64,000 bases of DNA, taken from assembly GCA_009602735.1 (NCBI GenBank), contig WELA01002297.1, forward strand, positions 1-64,000, given 5' to 3'. The translations under genes were made by a program, and so were the position numbers. The notes beneath the pieces were generated by a model. It was not told the DNA's origin, made no database searches, and was given only the letters and a program-made list of their open reading frames with translations. This document shows positions 35,645-48,943 of this stretch, in pieces (positions within the stretch are counted from its first letter, which is position 1; the number at the start of each line of letters is the position of its first letter). Source of the stretch: Mesotaenium endlicherianum. Lineage: Eukaryota.

Positions 35645-37377
35645 TACGGGCGCTGATCCTGCAGGAGTACGACTTTGAGGTGAAGCACAGGCCTGGTGTG
35701 ACTAACTTGGATGCGGACGGGCTCAGTCGTAACCCGGACCCTTCCATGATGGATATGGCATTAGCACGGCATCCGATGGATGTCGACGAAGTGACCAGCT
35801 GGCATGCAACTTGCAAGCGCATTCTTGACCTTGACTACGGGGATGGGATCAGGTTTGCGTCGCCAGGATACCGCTGAGATGCGAGGACGACGGCGAGTGG
35901 CTATGGCGCACGCTGTAAGTGTGCTAGGACCTGCCGATGCGTGCAAGGACCGCACGTTAATGCACTACTTGGTGCATGGGGAGATGCCTGAAGGATGTTC
36001 AGGTGGAGAGCGCGATAGGGTGCTGAAGAGGAGCCAAAGCTTTGCATTCCAAGGCGGGTAGCTGCGGCGACTCATGGCAAATGGAGCATCGCTGGTTGTG
36101 CCGGCACCTACAGAGCGCGAGAAGATTGTGAAGAAGCTTCATGAGCAGATGGGGCACTACGGTGTCAAGCGCACCTTCAGTTTGCTTCAGGGCAGTTACT
36201 GGTGGCACGGCATGCGTACCACAGTGATGGAGGTGGTCTCCAAGTGTGGAGTATGTGATCGAGTGAAAGCGGGGCTTACGGCGAGAAGCTTAGTGTTACG
36301 CCCGCTGCCCATGAAGGGGCTCTTTTATCGATGGAGTTTGGATCTGGCCGGCGAGCTTCCCACGTCAGCCAGGGGCATGAAGTATGTGCTGGTCATGATT
36401 GAGCACATGACCAAGTAGGTGATCTGGTTGCGCTCCCTAGTAAGGCGAGCAGAGGCATCGCGCATATATTTCTGGACCGCGTGCTCTGCGTCTTTGGAGG
36501 CTGCGCGGAGGTGCTTACAGATCAGGGCACGGAGTTTGAGGGAGAGTTTTAGGAGCTCTCATTGGAGGCTATGGTAGATCATCGTACGACGTGACGCAAC
36601 CATCCGCAAGCGGACGGGCTGGCGGAGCGCATGGTTCAGACGGTGAAGCAGGGCTTGCGCAAGGTGTGCCTAAAGGAGGACAGGCAGGATTGGGACCTGG
36701 CCCTACCTTGGTTGGCGATGGGCTATCGCTTCAGCAGGCAGGCGTCTTTGGCGGCATACTCGCCTTAGCAGTTGCTGTTTGGACGGCAGCCCTTGTTACC
36801 TGCTGCTGCGAAGGTCGTTGCTGAGAGCATTGTGGACATGGACAATCCAGCGACTTGGGCAGCGATTGCCAAGGAGAGAGGGGCATTCCTCAAGAAGATG
36901 ATGCCCATGGCCATGAACAATCTGGCCATTGCACAGCACAGGGATACGCTGCGCTATGTAAAGACAAGGAGTGGGAACTTTAAGGCAAAGGCGACGGAGT
37001 TTCGTAAGGGCGACTACGTGTACCTGCGCCGGAAGACTAAGGCGACGCTGGACACGACAACCGCACCGCTGATCTTGCGCGTGCATCAGATTCGAGAGCA
37101 CGGCGTATTGGAGTTGGAGGGAGCTTGCGGCAGGAAGTACCGTGAGCATGTGAAGAATTGTGGGCCATGTCACTTGCCCAATCTGGATCCTACGGTGGAC
37201 CCAAAGAGAGCTATTGTCCCGGCGGAGTTGTCTTGCCAGGGATGCAAGCGCGCAAACAGGCCTGCCACTATGCTCTTGTGCAACAGGTGTAATGATGGGT
37301 GGCACATTGGGTGCTTGTACCCACCTTTGGCGCGTGTGCCAGCGGGAAACTGGTATTGTCGTCAGTGCATCTATTAG
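35645..37377 (+). pseudogene. pol: Degenerate Gypsy pol 3' half: RNase H end, integrase, PHD finger (element P2)
   Basis: LQEYDFEVKHRPGVTNLDADGLSR; LHEQMGHYG..CGVCDR; WSLDLAG; VLTDQGTEF; HPQADGLAERMV; CQGC..LLCNRCNDGWHIGCLYPPLARVPAGNWYCRQC; several stops. Confidence 0.88.
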
Positions 37378-37403
37378 GACGTTGTACTAATAGCTGGGGG
37401 GGG

Positions 37404-37609
37404 AGTAAAGTGAGTGCTTTAATTTCAAGTTATTAGTTGTCGTGCACAATCGCCTCGGCCACACCACTTCTCACTCTAGCACCCAGCTGAGTGTCAACCC
37501 ATCACAATTTCTCATCATATCCTGATGCTTAGAATAGAGTCACAAGGCTGAAATAAAAGCTCGCCTACCTCAAACTGAAAATGCTTGAAATTAAAGCACT
37601 CACTTTACT
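37404..37609. repeat. 206-bp unit with perfect 26-bp terminal inverted repeats directly after the PPT of P2 (atypical LTR or MITE-like)
   Basis: AGTAAAGTGAGTGCTTTAATTTCAAG (37404-37429) and its exact reverse complement (37584-37609). Confidence 0.8.
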
Positions 37610-38077
37610 GTTACTAAGCTGGGGCACATTGAACCCCTCGTGGGTGACATCTTGAATGTCGGCTAAAGTGCAAGTCTGACACAAGGGTGAAAGCATTGCC
37701 TTATGAGTAATGAGAACATTCGGTGCACTGAAAGGTGTATCTGGCAGTCTATCTTTGCATTTGTTATTTGGGAACGTATGAACGGGCAATGAGAACCTTA
37801 TGCGTCGCACCATACGTAAGGCCGTAAGCAATCTATGGCAACATAATTCATCAGGTAAATTATGTGTCCCTCCGTGCGCCAAAAGTTGGCAATTATTGGT
37901 GATGAGTGAGCCCACGTGTACTCCACATGTACTTGAAGTTGCACTGATGACACATGGCTAATACAACAAGCTATCTGGAGGTAATCACAACTCCTGGTAC
38001 TAAATTTAATAAATAAATAGTAACTAGCACCCTTGTCCAACAAAAATACCTTTCTTCTGCTCTTGATGCCACTCCAT

Positions 38078-39639
38078 CTAGATGAACAGAGAGTGGTCGA
38101 GAAGGAACAGGGTGATTTCAACTTCCTTCCTGTTGGAGCAGATTATGTTGGACCAAGTTTTGACCTCAAGCTCCTCTGACCAGCACCTTGTCAAACGAGA
38201 GTACAAGCGCTCCGCTGCAAAATAAAAAGACAAAAACGGGACAGGCAGCGTTGCACATAAGCAGCTCGTCGCAAATTCTCCTCAGGAGAGCTTCGGAACC
38301 CGCAAACCAAATGAAATAAGATGTGCTCTCATGAGCCATCACGGCAACACTCCCAACAGTTTCAATTTGCAGCTAGAGAGGGGCTTGGAGGTAGTGACAA
38401 AGAGTGATGGTATGGGAGGGCCGGCTTAAGGAAAACAAAAACCTCCAGCTATTGATGCAATGCATACATAACATGCAGCAGTGTATGACTCAGTTAGTAC
38501 ATACACTTGTTGATGAGTATGCAGGTAATCACAGCATACTGAATACTCCCAATAAACATCTCATCTCCCGCTCCCCAACTTCAGCATGAACAACAAAATA
38601 CACTAAAGACTTGCATCCCCCACAGTTCTGCGGCCAAAGGAGGAAGGTCAGAAGGATTGCGAGAGGGACAAGATGCTCCAGCTAGAGCCAGAGAGAGAAG
38701 AGCAGGTGCCCATGAGCCCAGACGAGACGTTTGCAGACACATAGCTGGCAACTGAAAACAGGCGGCACTCACCGGGCACGCCCTTGAGGAAGCACTCGAA
38801 GTTGAGCGCGTCCAGCTCAATCATCACGTCCTTGAGGTTCGTGACAGCCCAGTGGTGGAAATGGTGGTACTCAAACTCCAGCACTGACACGGCCCCCGAC
38901 GCCAGCGTCTTCTGCGCGCCCTGCAGCACCAGCGGGTCAAACCTGCCCCACTCGCCGCCGCCCCAAGCCACACCCGCAAGTCCCCCCNNNNNNNNNNNNN
39001 NNNNNNNNNNNNNNNNNNNNNNNNNNNNNNNNNNNNNNNNNNNNNNNNNNNNNNNNNNNNNNNNNNNNNNNNNNNNNNNNNNNNNNNNNNNNNNNNNNNN
39101 NNNNNNNNNNNNNNNNNNNNNNNNNNNNNNNNNNNNNNNNNNNNNNNNNNNNNNNNNNNNNNNNNNNNNNNNNNNNNNNNNNNNNNNNNNNNNNNNNNNN
39201 NNNNNNNNNNNNNNNNNNNNNNNNNNNNNNNNNNNNNNNNNNNNNNNNNNNNNNNNNNNNNNNNNNNNNNNNNNNNNNNNCCCCCCCCCCGTCCGCCAGA
39301 CCCGACCGCTGCACATTCAGCCAACGTCCAACAGACATAAGTCAGTCACTGGGTCAGTCAGCTCGCTTGAAAGCAAACCTGCCTTCCCCCAGCCGGTCCC
39401 TTCTGCAGGACCACCTCACGGCAGCCTACCCCCCAGCGGCCAAATGCGAAACCTGACCCCCATGAGATGCCTTGAGGTAGCCCAACCCGCCGGAGCTTCT
39501 AGGCAACCACAGAAGCACTCAGTGCGGCAGCGTGTGGCACCTGGCATACACGCCCTAAGAACCTCGGAAGCATCGCTGCATGCCAGGCCCTTTCACCTGA
39601 GCTTCAACAAACCAGGAGCACCAGTTCCTCTCTCACACA

Positions 39640-39683
<44 letters not shown>

Positions 39684-42600
39684 GGATGCAAAGCACACGT
39701 GCACATGCCAAGACAGGAGAAAATGAACGGCTAGGTAGACGAGCGAGTGGGCAGCTGCGCCATGGTCGCTGACCCACCCCTCGGTGTCTATCTTGAGGAT
39801 TTGCATGTGCCCAATCTTGAGGTCGCGCACGAGGTCGTCCACCGACACCACCTGCACGTCCGAGGTGTTAGCCGCGGAGCTGGTGCCCAGGCTGTGCAGC
39901 TCGTCTCCTGGCCTGCATGCCCAGGAAGGATATAACAAATGCCACCAAATCACACGACAATCAAGGCACAGGAGATGAGAGGCAGACGGCGAAGACTTAT
40001 GCTAAGGGCTCTGCCACTGGTATTGGGGAGGCCTAGGGATGCTCCCCGCAAAGTGGTGAAACCAAGGGACTATCCAAATGACAAACACGCGAAGACAAAA
40101 GGGGGGGCTGACTGACCCACAAAGCCCCCACAGGCCCCTGCTTCCACCCCTTCCCAGCTGCAACCGCCCGAAGGGAGACGAAGTACTGACAGCGGGCACG
40201 TTGTCCCCTGAATGCTTGCAAGGCTACGGAACAACAACGTGGACATAAACACTCGGATACTGATGGCGTGGGCTGCCGGCTCCCTGCTGCTGTCCATGCT
40301 GCAGCTTCTGCTGCTGCTGGTGTAAAAACAATCCGCTACTGTGTGAACAGGAGTGCAGATGGACCCCGCAAAAGTTGAGGTATTTCGGGGGTGATGGGCC
40401 CTGGCTGCAAGGTGTTGAAGCCACCTAATATGCCACAATGCTTTCAGTCGAGAATACAGCAAGGGAGAGCCTCAGAGAGAGGGAGACGGCGAGGGAAAGA
40501 GAGAGTAGAAGAAAAGTAATGGCGGCGGGCACCAGAGGCCTACCTAGTGTCGACAAACTTGGTGACATAGGAGGCATTGCTGGCAGTCATGCGGAAACAC
40601 CTCCAGCCGCGGGTACCCCGACCATTTCTGCAAACAATGAGCGGCAATAGGCCGGGGGGGCAAAGAATGAGCGCCACGTGCTGCTGCCTGCCAGTGGCTA
40701 TACTCACAGGCACCCTCCACAATCCTTTCTGTGATGGAAAGGGCGAACGCACTCCTGGCCCCTCCAAGTCCTCCCTTGAGAGGAGTAAGTACAGTGCCGG
40801 AGGTGAGGGGGCAAAAAGAGTAGGTTCTCGGGTGCGCGAGATGTCTGCACACTCATGTTATATGCGGATCCAAGTCGTCTAGTGTGTTATGCAGAGGAAG
40901 CACAGTGTGCATCCCTCGGATCAGAAGGTCCTCATGGGTTCACCTTTCAGTCCCATACCCGCTCACACTTGTCGTCGCAACACCTGGCTGCCAGTATCAA
41001 AAGGGGAGGGGGAAAAGAATGGGGGAGGAAAGGGGGAAGGGGGGAAGATGTGAATACCCGAAACTCCCGCAGTAGGTTGTACGTGTGCTTGGATGGCTCC
41101 AGGGCCAGGATCCTGGGCAGTCCGGTGGTCTTTGTATCTGAGCATCCTTGCAACAATGAGCACACGACTGATGGTAAGCTGCGAGTTAGAGGGTGGGGTA
41201 GATAGCAACCCAGACGCATGTGAAAAGGTCAGCAGGAGCCACTACAAGGTCGACAAAACTGCCTTTAACAGGGTTAATTGCAGCAGAGCTGTTCGTTGAC
41301 ATCTTCTGGTGCTGCTGCAACAAGGCAGTTCAAGTCTACTATACTAAATAGCGGTGATATCAATGAAGACCAGATGCTATGAGTGGGCAAACAGGGCGGA
41401 AGCGGCAGTACTGCTCTCGACGACTCCCATCTAGCTAGCCTGCAGCTGCATCCACACCCTCTGTCCTTTGCCTCCAATTGCTTCAGCCACAATGACTGGC
41501 CGACTGCATGAGAGCCACTGTCTTATGCTGAGCTGGAATGCTCAATGCGGGTGTAGGCAGGAACAGTGTCTTGAGGGATTGAAGGAGATGCTGAAAGGGG
41601 GTTTTGAGGGTACTCTTGAATAATGAGAGGCATGCAGGAACTGCAGGGGTGGAGAGGAAGAAAGGCACCGATGAGCGTCGAGGCCTAAAAGAAGTGAAGG
41701 TAGTGAAGAACAGGGTGTGAGATAGGGTAGAGAGGAACTGAAGGAAGGTGGACAGTCTCCACCCACCCGTCAGACGCCACCTCTTCAATTCCTCGTTGCA
41801 GTCGCCACAAACTCCGCACATGAACCACTTTTCGAAGGTCTCGCTGTACCTCTTCGATAAATATGCACCCCACGACTTTGGTTCAACTCCATACTGCGGG
41901 GACCAGTATGCCATCCACTTGGCAACATTGTAGCCTGCATACATTCCCTTGCAGGACAAAGGCGGGTGACTTGACAGGTGGAAAGTTCCCACAGCTGGCG
42001 AACGGAGGCAGGAAAACCTGCTGCTTCTAGGCTTCAGTCTAAAACCTGATTACCAAGTTACATTTACTAAAAAGGGAGCAAAAGAGTAAGAGGGCAGAAT
42101 GACATGTAAATCTTTCAGGAGGCTCGAGGCAATAAAGTATATCTATGAGGTATATTTGATAGGGCACCTGATAATGTGCATATTCATCTAACGCTGCCAC
42201 CTGGTAGGACTTGTCTAACAGTGAACGAAGCCAAAGTGGAGCCTTTGACATGATTCGAAACAAACGTAACCATTCACTGCGTCACAGCACATTGGCAACA
42301 TACTTGTCCACAACATCCTCGAACCCACAAGGTACTCATTTGAACTTTTAATCGCCCACAATGTTTACAGACGCAATGTCTAAGATCAAGATCAAAACCA
42401 TCAAACAGAAGGTAGTATTGACCACATACAAACAGCACTCCAGCTGACTTGAGGTGACGGACCAAAAGTTGAGATGGACTACCTTTATTCGCTCCTATGT
42501 TCACAAGAGTCATTTCGCTACTTGGCGGCCAGATGGAAGCGACAAAGCGTTCAAAGTCTACAGGTTCGGCACACCCAAGGCCCTTATCCTTCTGAAATTT

Positions 42601-42960
42601 GATCTGTGTCTCTTGCCTTGCAATCGCTTCCGAGCTGCAACTACGATCCCCTAAGTCAAGCGGCACCTTCTGGAATACAAGAAGGGTTATGTCGGAATCC
42701 TCATCAGCCTCTCTTGGCTCTATTTCCAACTTAGATTCGGCTTGAGACTTGGCGGACTCTGCTACCAGATGCTGCCGACTCTTTCTCGCCACTGGCTCCT
42801 CCGATAGCTGCTCGTCCTCATCCTGCACATTCCTTTTAGGCGTCTGCACAGTCGCACAGCCGCTGTCAACCAATCTGTACAAAATAAAGCCACCAAATAG
42901 GAGAAGCCCCAAAAGGGGAATGTATTTCGGCCATGGACCGTTTCTTTTGGGATACTTCAT
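38078..42960 (-). CDS. Multi-exon FkbM-family (Methyltransf_21-like) SAM-dependent methyltransferase with type II membrane anchor; exons approximate
   Basis: TM IPLLGLLLFGGFILY; LVNIGANKG|YNV; ILALEPSKHTYNLL; VQVVSVDD..ILKIDTEG|FDPLVLQGA..LEFEY; RLTRCWSEELEVKTWSNIIC; splice phases mostly consistent; gap lies in an intron. Confidence 0.83.
39643..39686. repeat. (GA)n + poly-G microsatellite (intronic)
   Basis: Direct reading. Confidence 0.9.
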
Positions 42961-45000
42961 AGCTGCAACTCAACGCGTCGACGAAGATGATGAGATACTA
43001 CAAATGACAACTGCAACCTTACTCCCTACTACCTAGTATTCCCGAATTCCTACTGAGCAGTGCCGAGGCAGAAGCTCACTGCAACTCGGTATGTGCATGC
43101 TCAGGCAGAACATTGCAGAAGGCTGCTGAAGGGAAGGAGATCCGAGATAGGCGCGAATCGATGTCGGAAGTCCGCACTAGCGCTCACTGGCGCGGGGCCA
43201 TGCTGGGTGATGCTGAGCGATGCTGGGCGAGGCGCACCAAACTGCTTCTCAGTTCTCATACGAGCTTACGCCCTGACACTACTGTTTGCTACTGTGCTTT
43301 GGCCAATTGGTGGCAGTCGATGGTCAACATGATGTATAATCCTTTCCCTAAGGGTAAATTTCCAATAAGCGTAATTGACCTAGCTGTAATTCATCTTCTG
43401 GGATCATATAGCTATCAAAAGCCAACTACCACTCCCAATTTTGTTTTGTACCACTCACTTCCAAACTAATTGCAAAACTACCACTCGCACATGTAAAGGC
43501 GTCCACGTAGGCCCTACACGATTAGAGGCCGTTTCACTCGGGCTCACGCCCCAAGCTGCGCCACGACCCCACGTCCTCCTACTCATTAGGGCCATGACGT
43601 GCCACACGATTCGCACGGGATCCTACCTGACACCCCACTTTTACTATCGTTTTCCAAAATCTTCCCCAACAACTTTTGTAACTGACCCACCTCCACGAAA
43701 CAAACTGCCCAAGGACGCCACAGGTACCAACAGGTACACTCTAGATTTATTCAGCTCAGGTGGGCTGCTTCTCCGACGAACCGCTTCCCTTTTTCAGGTC
43801 GAATCCCCCGCTAAAAACCTTCAAAATCGTCGCTGCCCCTCCTGCCTCCTTCCACTCGCCATGCTGCCCACTCGACTAATGCAAGCGTTCGCACCGCTCG
43901 CTCTCCAGCGGACGGCCTACCCCACGAGCTGCGACGAGCAATTGACCGATTTGACCAAAATTGTTCAAAAGCGTGCGTCCAGCCGTGGCACGAAAGGCAT
44001 CGTGGTCAATCTTGGTCGTTAAAACAACGAGAGACAAATAACCGGGGACTGCCGTCAGGACCCGTCACGTGTCCCGACGGGAAAAAACGTGCAGGGTGTT
44101 CCACATCATCTGAAGCGTGTGGCAAAGTTCAGAGACCGACGTCCGCTCAAGCGAAGAAAGTACAAATTTCCGGTTAATATGCAACCAAGCATGAACTATA
44201 AAACAAATGCATATAAAACTTCCATATCATTGTATTGAAAAAATGAGATAAAAATGAGATTATCATACACAATCTATGACAGGGGCATAATTGACCAAAA
44301 CTACTTGTGGTAATCATTGAAGGAGGCGGAGCCAAATATTTTCCAATTGTTATATATTATGGTACTTGCGGAGAGAACACTAATTGGACACTGCAAAGGA
44401 CATCCCCACCTCAAACTTTCTTCCATACCATGAACAGATCTTGAACATCTCGGATAAAGGTTGAAGCCACCAAAAGGGCCAATTTACTTTGCCAACCCAT
44501 AACATTAATCATCCAAATGCACTTTTTACATTTAAGCTGTGAGAGACACTACAAGAATTGTAAAAAAAATATAGAACAACGTATTTTGTCAATGTTGACG
44601 CCACCATTTGCAAGTTCATCAACGTTCATCAACATATATCTCAATGCAGGTCGTCCAACACGACAATCAATTTAAAGTGGTGAATGGATCACCCAAACTC
44701 ATCACATTATCCTCTACTATAATGGCAAAACATATAAGGTGATGCATTTCATAAATCACCACATTTCACAAAATGCGAATCGTCAATATCCATTACACCA
44801 CTTTCTGCAAATCATAGAAAACATGGAGAGCTAACTATACGTTAAGGTACAGATATCAATATATAAAATAAAGAAAATAAAACTTTTTCGTGACCATGCA
44901 TTCTCAACTCAATTGCAAACTCGTTTTATATACAAGAACACAAAAAAAAAATCATAAAAAAGAGTGTTCATATCCCCGTATCACACTTTCCCTCTTCCAT

Positions 45001-45005
<5 letters not shown>

Positions 45006-45045
<40 letters not shown>
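45006..45045. repeat. (CT)n microsatellite next to a gap
   Basis: Direct reading. Confidence 0.9.
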
Positions 45046-45049
<4 letters not shown>

Positions 45050-45141
45050 GCTNNNNNNNNNNNNNNNNNNNNNNNNNNNNNNNNNNNNNNNNNNNNNNNN
45101 NNNNNNNNNNNNNNNNNNNNNNNNNNNNNNNNNNNNNNNNN

Positions 45142-45335
45142 GCTGTCAGGTCCTCTGTGTGTTTGTGTCTCGTCAGAGTGGTCAGGGGTGGTAAGTGCTG
45201 ATAGGTTAGTGGTTAGTCGGGTTAGGGTGGTAGGTGAGGCTGTCAGGTCCTCTGTGTGTTTGTGTCTCGTCAGAGTTGTCAGGGGTGGTAAGTGCTGATA
45301 GGTTAGTGGTTAGTCGGGTTAGGGTGGTCGGTGAG
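45142..45335 (+). repeat. 97-bp GT-rich tandem repeat x2 (may extend into the gap)
   Basis: 45142-45238 and 45239-45335 differ at about 2 positions; contains GGGTTAGGG. Confidence 0.85.
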
Positions 45336-45671
45336 GATGGCCTCGCTCACAAACGGCTACAGCAAACACTTGGACCTATTGCTCACGAGGTTCCGCTGTT
45401 GAGCAGCTGTGAGGTTCTGCCTTGATTCAACGTATTCCCCTCACCTTCACACGTGGTTCTGCCGCCCCCACGTGTAAAGGTCGACCTACGAGTTCCATCC
45501 CTCGATGGGTCGGCGCTGGTACTAAATGGGAGCTGTAGTCGCTCATGACTTGGACGTCATGTACTTTAGGCAATCCCGCCCGGTATAGGGAGTGTACGGG
45601 TACGTTTGTAAGAGTGGGATGGTCGTGTCGGTTTGCACGTCCCAGTTCAATTTATGTCGTTAGTTACATTT

Positions 45672-46393
45672 TGAAATGAATCGACTTACCAAATAGGCGA
45701 TTGACATTTAATAAAGATCTTTATATCACCAAGTTATGTTAATGGTATTTTTCGTTAACTGATTAAACGGCAAAGGACAACACACTAGCAGCGAACAATA
45801 CTCGTTAGTCAAATGCGAGTAAACTAGCATCAATAATGCAAATCAGTAAACTCATACATAAGCAAGGTTAGAAGACAGTGCGTATCAATGGCTTCTCGCC
45901 TTGGATTCAGATGTCTCTCAGAAAGCTTGTACATGAGAGTTGGCCTCGTTTTCGAATGCCGAACTCGAGAGCAATGCCTAGCATATGTACATGGAATGAG
46001 TTTACTGTTCAACGGCCAGTGCGATGGCACCGCCTACCCGGGAGTTAACCACGTTGGTAAGACCTCGATTAACCAAATCCACCACCATCTCCCATCATCC
46101 CGAATCGCCATCCATCATAGGGATGTCATCTGGCCATTCATCTAGCATATCACACTTAGATGCATATCCAGGCAATTCGCTGCTACCGAGTACGGAAGTC
46201 AGCTGGCTGTCAAAGAATGTGTCAGCAAGCTGACTTAAGTTGACTTCAGCCTGTTGCTTCCGACTGAGTCATTAAATTGATATTAATTATGAAGTCCAGG
46301 AGACTGATTATTAACTAAAGTTCAGCAGGCTGAACTTGATTAACTATTACATTTAAATAAATATCATATCTACTAATGTACTGATTCATTACA
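45672..46393 (-). repeat. B2 3' LTR (722 bp)
   Basis: Reverse complement of the B LTR, adjacent to PPT. Confidence 0.93.
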
Positions 46394-46490
46394 ATCCCTC
46401 CAACTTAACTCGTTGTCGCCTCAACAACATTAAACTGAGGGAACTGAACCTGGCCAACCTCCCCCACTGACTGCCTCTTCAGCCTGTCAC

Positions 46491-48121
46491 CTAGGGGGTT
46501 GTTCCTGGAGCTTCAGAACCAGGAGACGGAGATTTGGACCTAGATCTGGACAGCCCTCTAGGTCTCTCAGCTGGCCTTCTAAAGAACCCCGTTTGTTCTA
46601 AAGTTGGACCTCGAGAAGAACGAAGGATGGTAGCCTGCTCTTCAACCACTTGGGTGTTGGTCCCCACGTAGACAGGCATTCCGGTAGGATGCTGAAATAC
46701 ATTGGCTAGAGGTACATGCCCCTGAGCGGAGGGGGAGGCCGGCATATCTCTAGCCACCCCGCGTGTCCCTCTTCTGGCACCCCTGTCCTCTGGGGATTTC
46801 TGCTTGTGTCTGTTGCCAAGTACAGTCAGATCAGCTTCTTCCCCTGCTTGGGCAGGTGGGCTGGGGGAGCGAGTGCGGGGTCCAGTTGCCTCCATGACCG
46901 GGATCACGTTCCATATACCTGATCTTGGTTCTTTAAGAAGTGCCCCTGCCTGCCCCTGGGTCTCCTGAGTACCAGCTCCTGATGCTTCTCCTTTGCCTTG
47001 TTCTTCTTCCTCATCCTCCTCATCCTCCTCCTTTGAGAGAGTAGGAGTCTCGTCCACTAAGTCGTCCTGCTCCCTAGTAGACATGGACTAGTCTACTGAC
47101 CTCCCTTTCTTAGGGCGCGCTGAAGGTTGCTTGGACTTCAGCCTGCTGATATCTATTCGGCCTGCATCCTTCGCCCATTTGACGAAGGCATGCTTTTCCT
47201 TAGAGAAGTAGTCTCTTCCCCTCCTCCTATGCTCCTTGGTCTCTACATTCATATTGCTCAAGCAGCCATTCAGCCTGGGGTCCCAAGAGGCAATGTGAGG
47301 TGGTAGGATGAGATAGCCGTCTAGGCCATAGTGGAAGTCATCCGGTTGGGCTCGGTCACACTCCTGCTTCTTGTTTGTGACGGTCATCCACCTCCAGTCT
47401 GTTGGCTGCTGGTAGTACTCGGGTCCATGCTCAGCCATCCTCAATTTCCACGGGAACCAGTGGGGAGAGAACATCTGCTGTCCTGCTTCTCTGGCTAAGT
47501 ACTCCCAGCTCCTTCTCTCAACTTCATTGTAAGCTGGTAGTAGTGTGAGGTAGAATACCGTATCCTTAAAGCTATTGGGCCGCATGCTCACCATCCTGAT
47601 GAGTCTCTCATCTCCCACTATTCTCGGTATTGGGACCGGCTTGTCCTCTGAATCATCTGCAAGGTACCGGGCCTGCTCTGCTGTATAGTCCACCATCTTG
47701 GCATAATCTTCGTAGAGGACCACACCAGTGTGTGTCTCGATGTACCTATCCAGTGCTGCAGCTCCTTCCCTCTGTAGCAGTGTTGTCTGTTCCAGCTTGT
47801 TGATCTCCTGGGCTGCCAGGAATGCATCCTTCAAGTTATCAAATTTTTGGCCACCCACCACAGTATACCTGTAAGTGGCCAAGCTCTCCTGCCTGTCCGC
47901 TTCAGCCTTTATCCTTCTCTCCTCCTCTGTCGCTGCCGCTTCTTCTTGTTGTTTCTTCTTTCTCTCCTCCTCAGCTTTCCTGAGGTTTTCCGCTTCCTGA
48001 TCCTTCTTCCTCTGTGCTTCTTCTGCCGCCTCTTGTTGTTTGCGGCCCCTTTCTTGTTCTCTCCTGGTAAGGGACGTCGCCGCCAGCTCCTTCTGGTATT
48101 GCTCCATTGTCCTCCTGGCTT
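46491..48121 (-). pseudogene. ORF3 variant 1 of B2, 5'-truncated and fused to pol, one stop at 47088-47090
   Basis: Translation closely matches 60293-61923. Confidence 0.9.
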
Positions 48122-48199
48122 TCCTAAGTTGTTCAAGGAAGGACTTTTTCACCTTTAGTGAAGTGAGTGCACACAAGACTTTATCTACAGCATGCTGAC

Positions 48200-48943
48200 T
48201 GTAAGGTTATAGGTTTATGAAGTGCATTTTTGAGTTTCATGAAAGTATATTTTGATTATATATTGGTGTAGAGTGCATTTGTGTGGTCATTTTGATATAA
48301 AATTCATTGAAATTGGTCAAATATTGAGAGAGTTACGAATTTTTGAAGTTTAATTAGTTTTGAGGACGGTTGACGACTGTCCTTCATTCGCGGTGAGCGC
48401 GACCGTCGGATTGACCGACAGCGTCGAGCGATCTGGCCCGTTAGTGTGAACTCGAACCTACACGTAAGTTCGGCTGACGCGGAGTGCCGACTAGGTCGAT
48501 TTACCTAAAAGTTTCGATTTAGCCTAGCGCATCTAAGATAGAATATTCTAGTAATGTCGATGCATGTATGTGGACGTCAATTCGGCCCGACACTTCAGAG
48601 TAGACTGATCAGGCTTTCTCACGAATATTCTGGAAGGGACAATTTGACAAACACTTAGGAAAATCCGTAGCTTCCTCCTAGGGAGGTGCACTTAGGCAGA
48701 AAATTATAAATAGGCATAATTTCTTTGTTTCTTATCAGTTTGCACTTTTGTAAATTTCTACGGGTTTGTAATGATAAGGCCTTCCATCCTACATCATTTG
48801 TGAGCAGTTTCTTGCCACTCAAAATGTCAAGTGATATTCCTAAGCTTTCTTAGCAATATGCCGCTGCACTCTTGAGTATGATTGCAACTAGCTTTGTTCC
48901 TCGTGAGTCACTACACTTCCACTAGGGCACTCTGCCCCTTTCA
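48200..48943 (+). mobile_element. Family A solo LTR (744 bp) inserted in B2 pol
   Basis: TGTAAGG...CCCCTTTCA; TSD CTGAC (48195-48199 / 48944-48948). Confidence 0.96.

Noticed and set aside
43352..44960. GGGTAAATTTCC start suggestive of a MULE-like TIR and a 193-aa ORF at 43441-44022
   Set aside because: No matching inverted end, TSD or transposase motif found; ORF has a non-ATG start and no recognisable motif.
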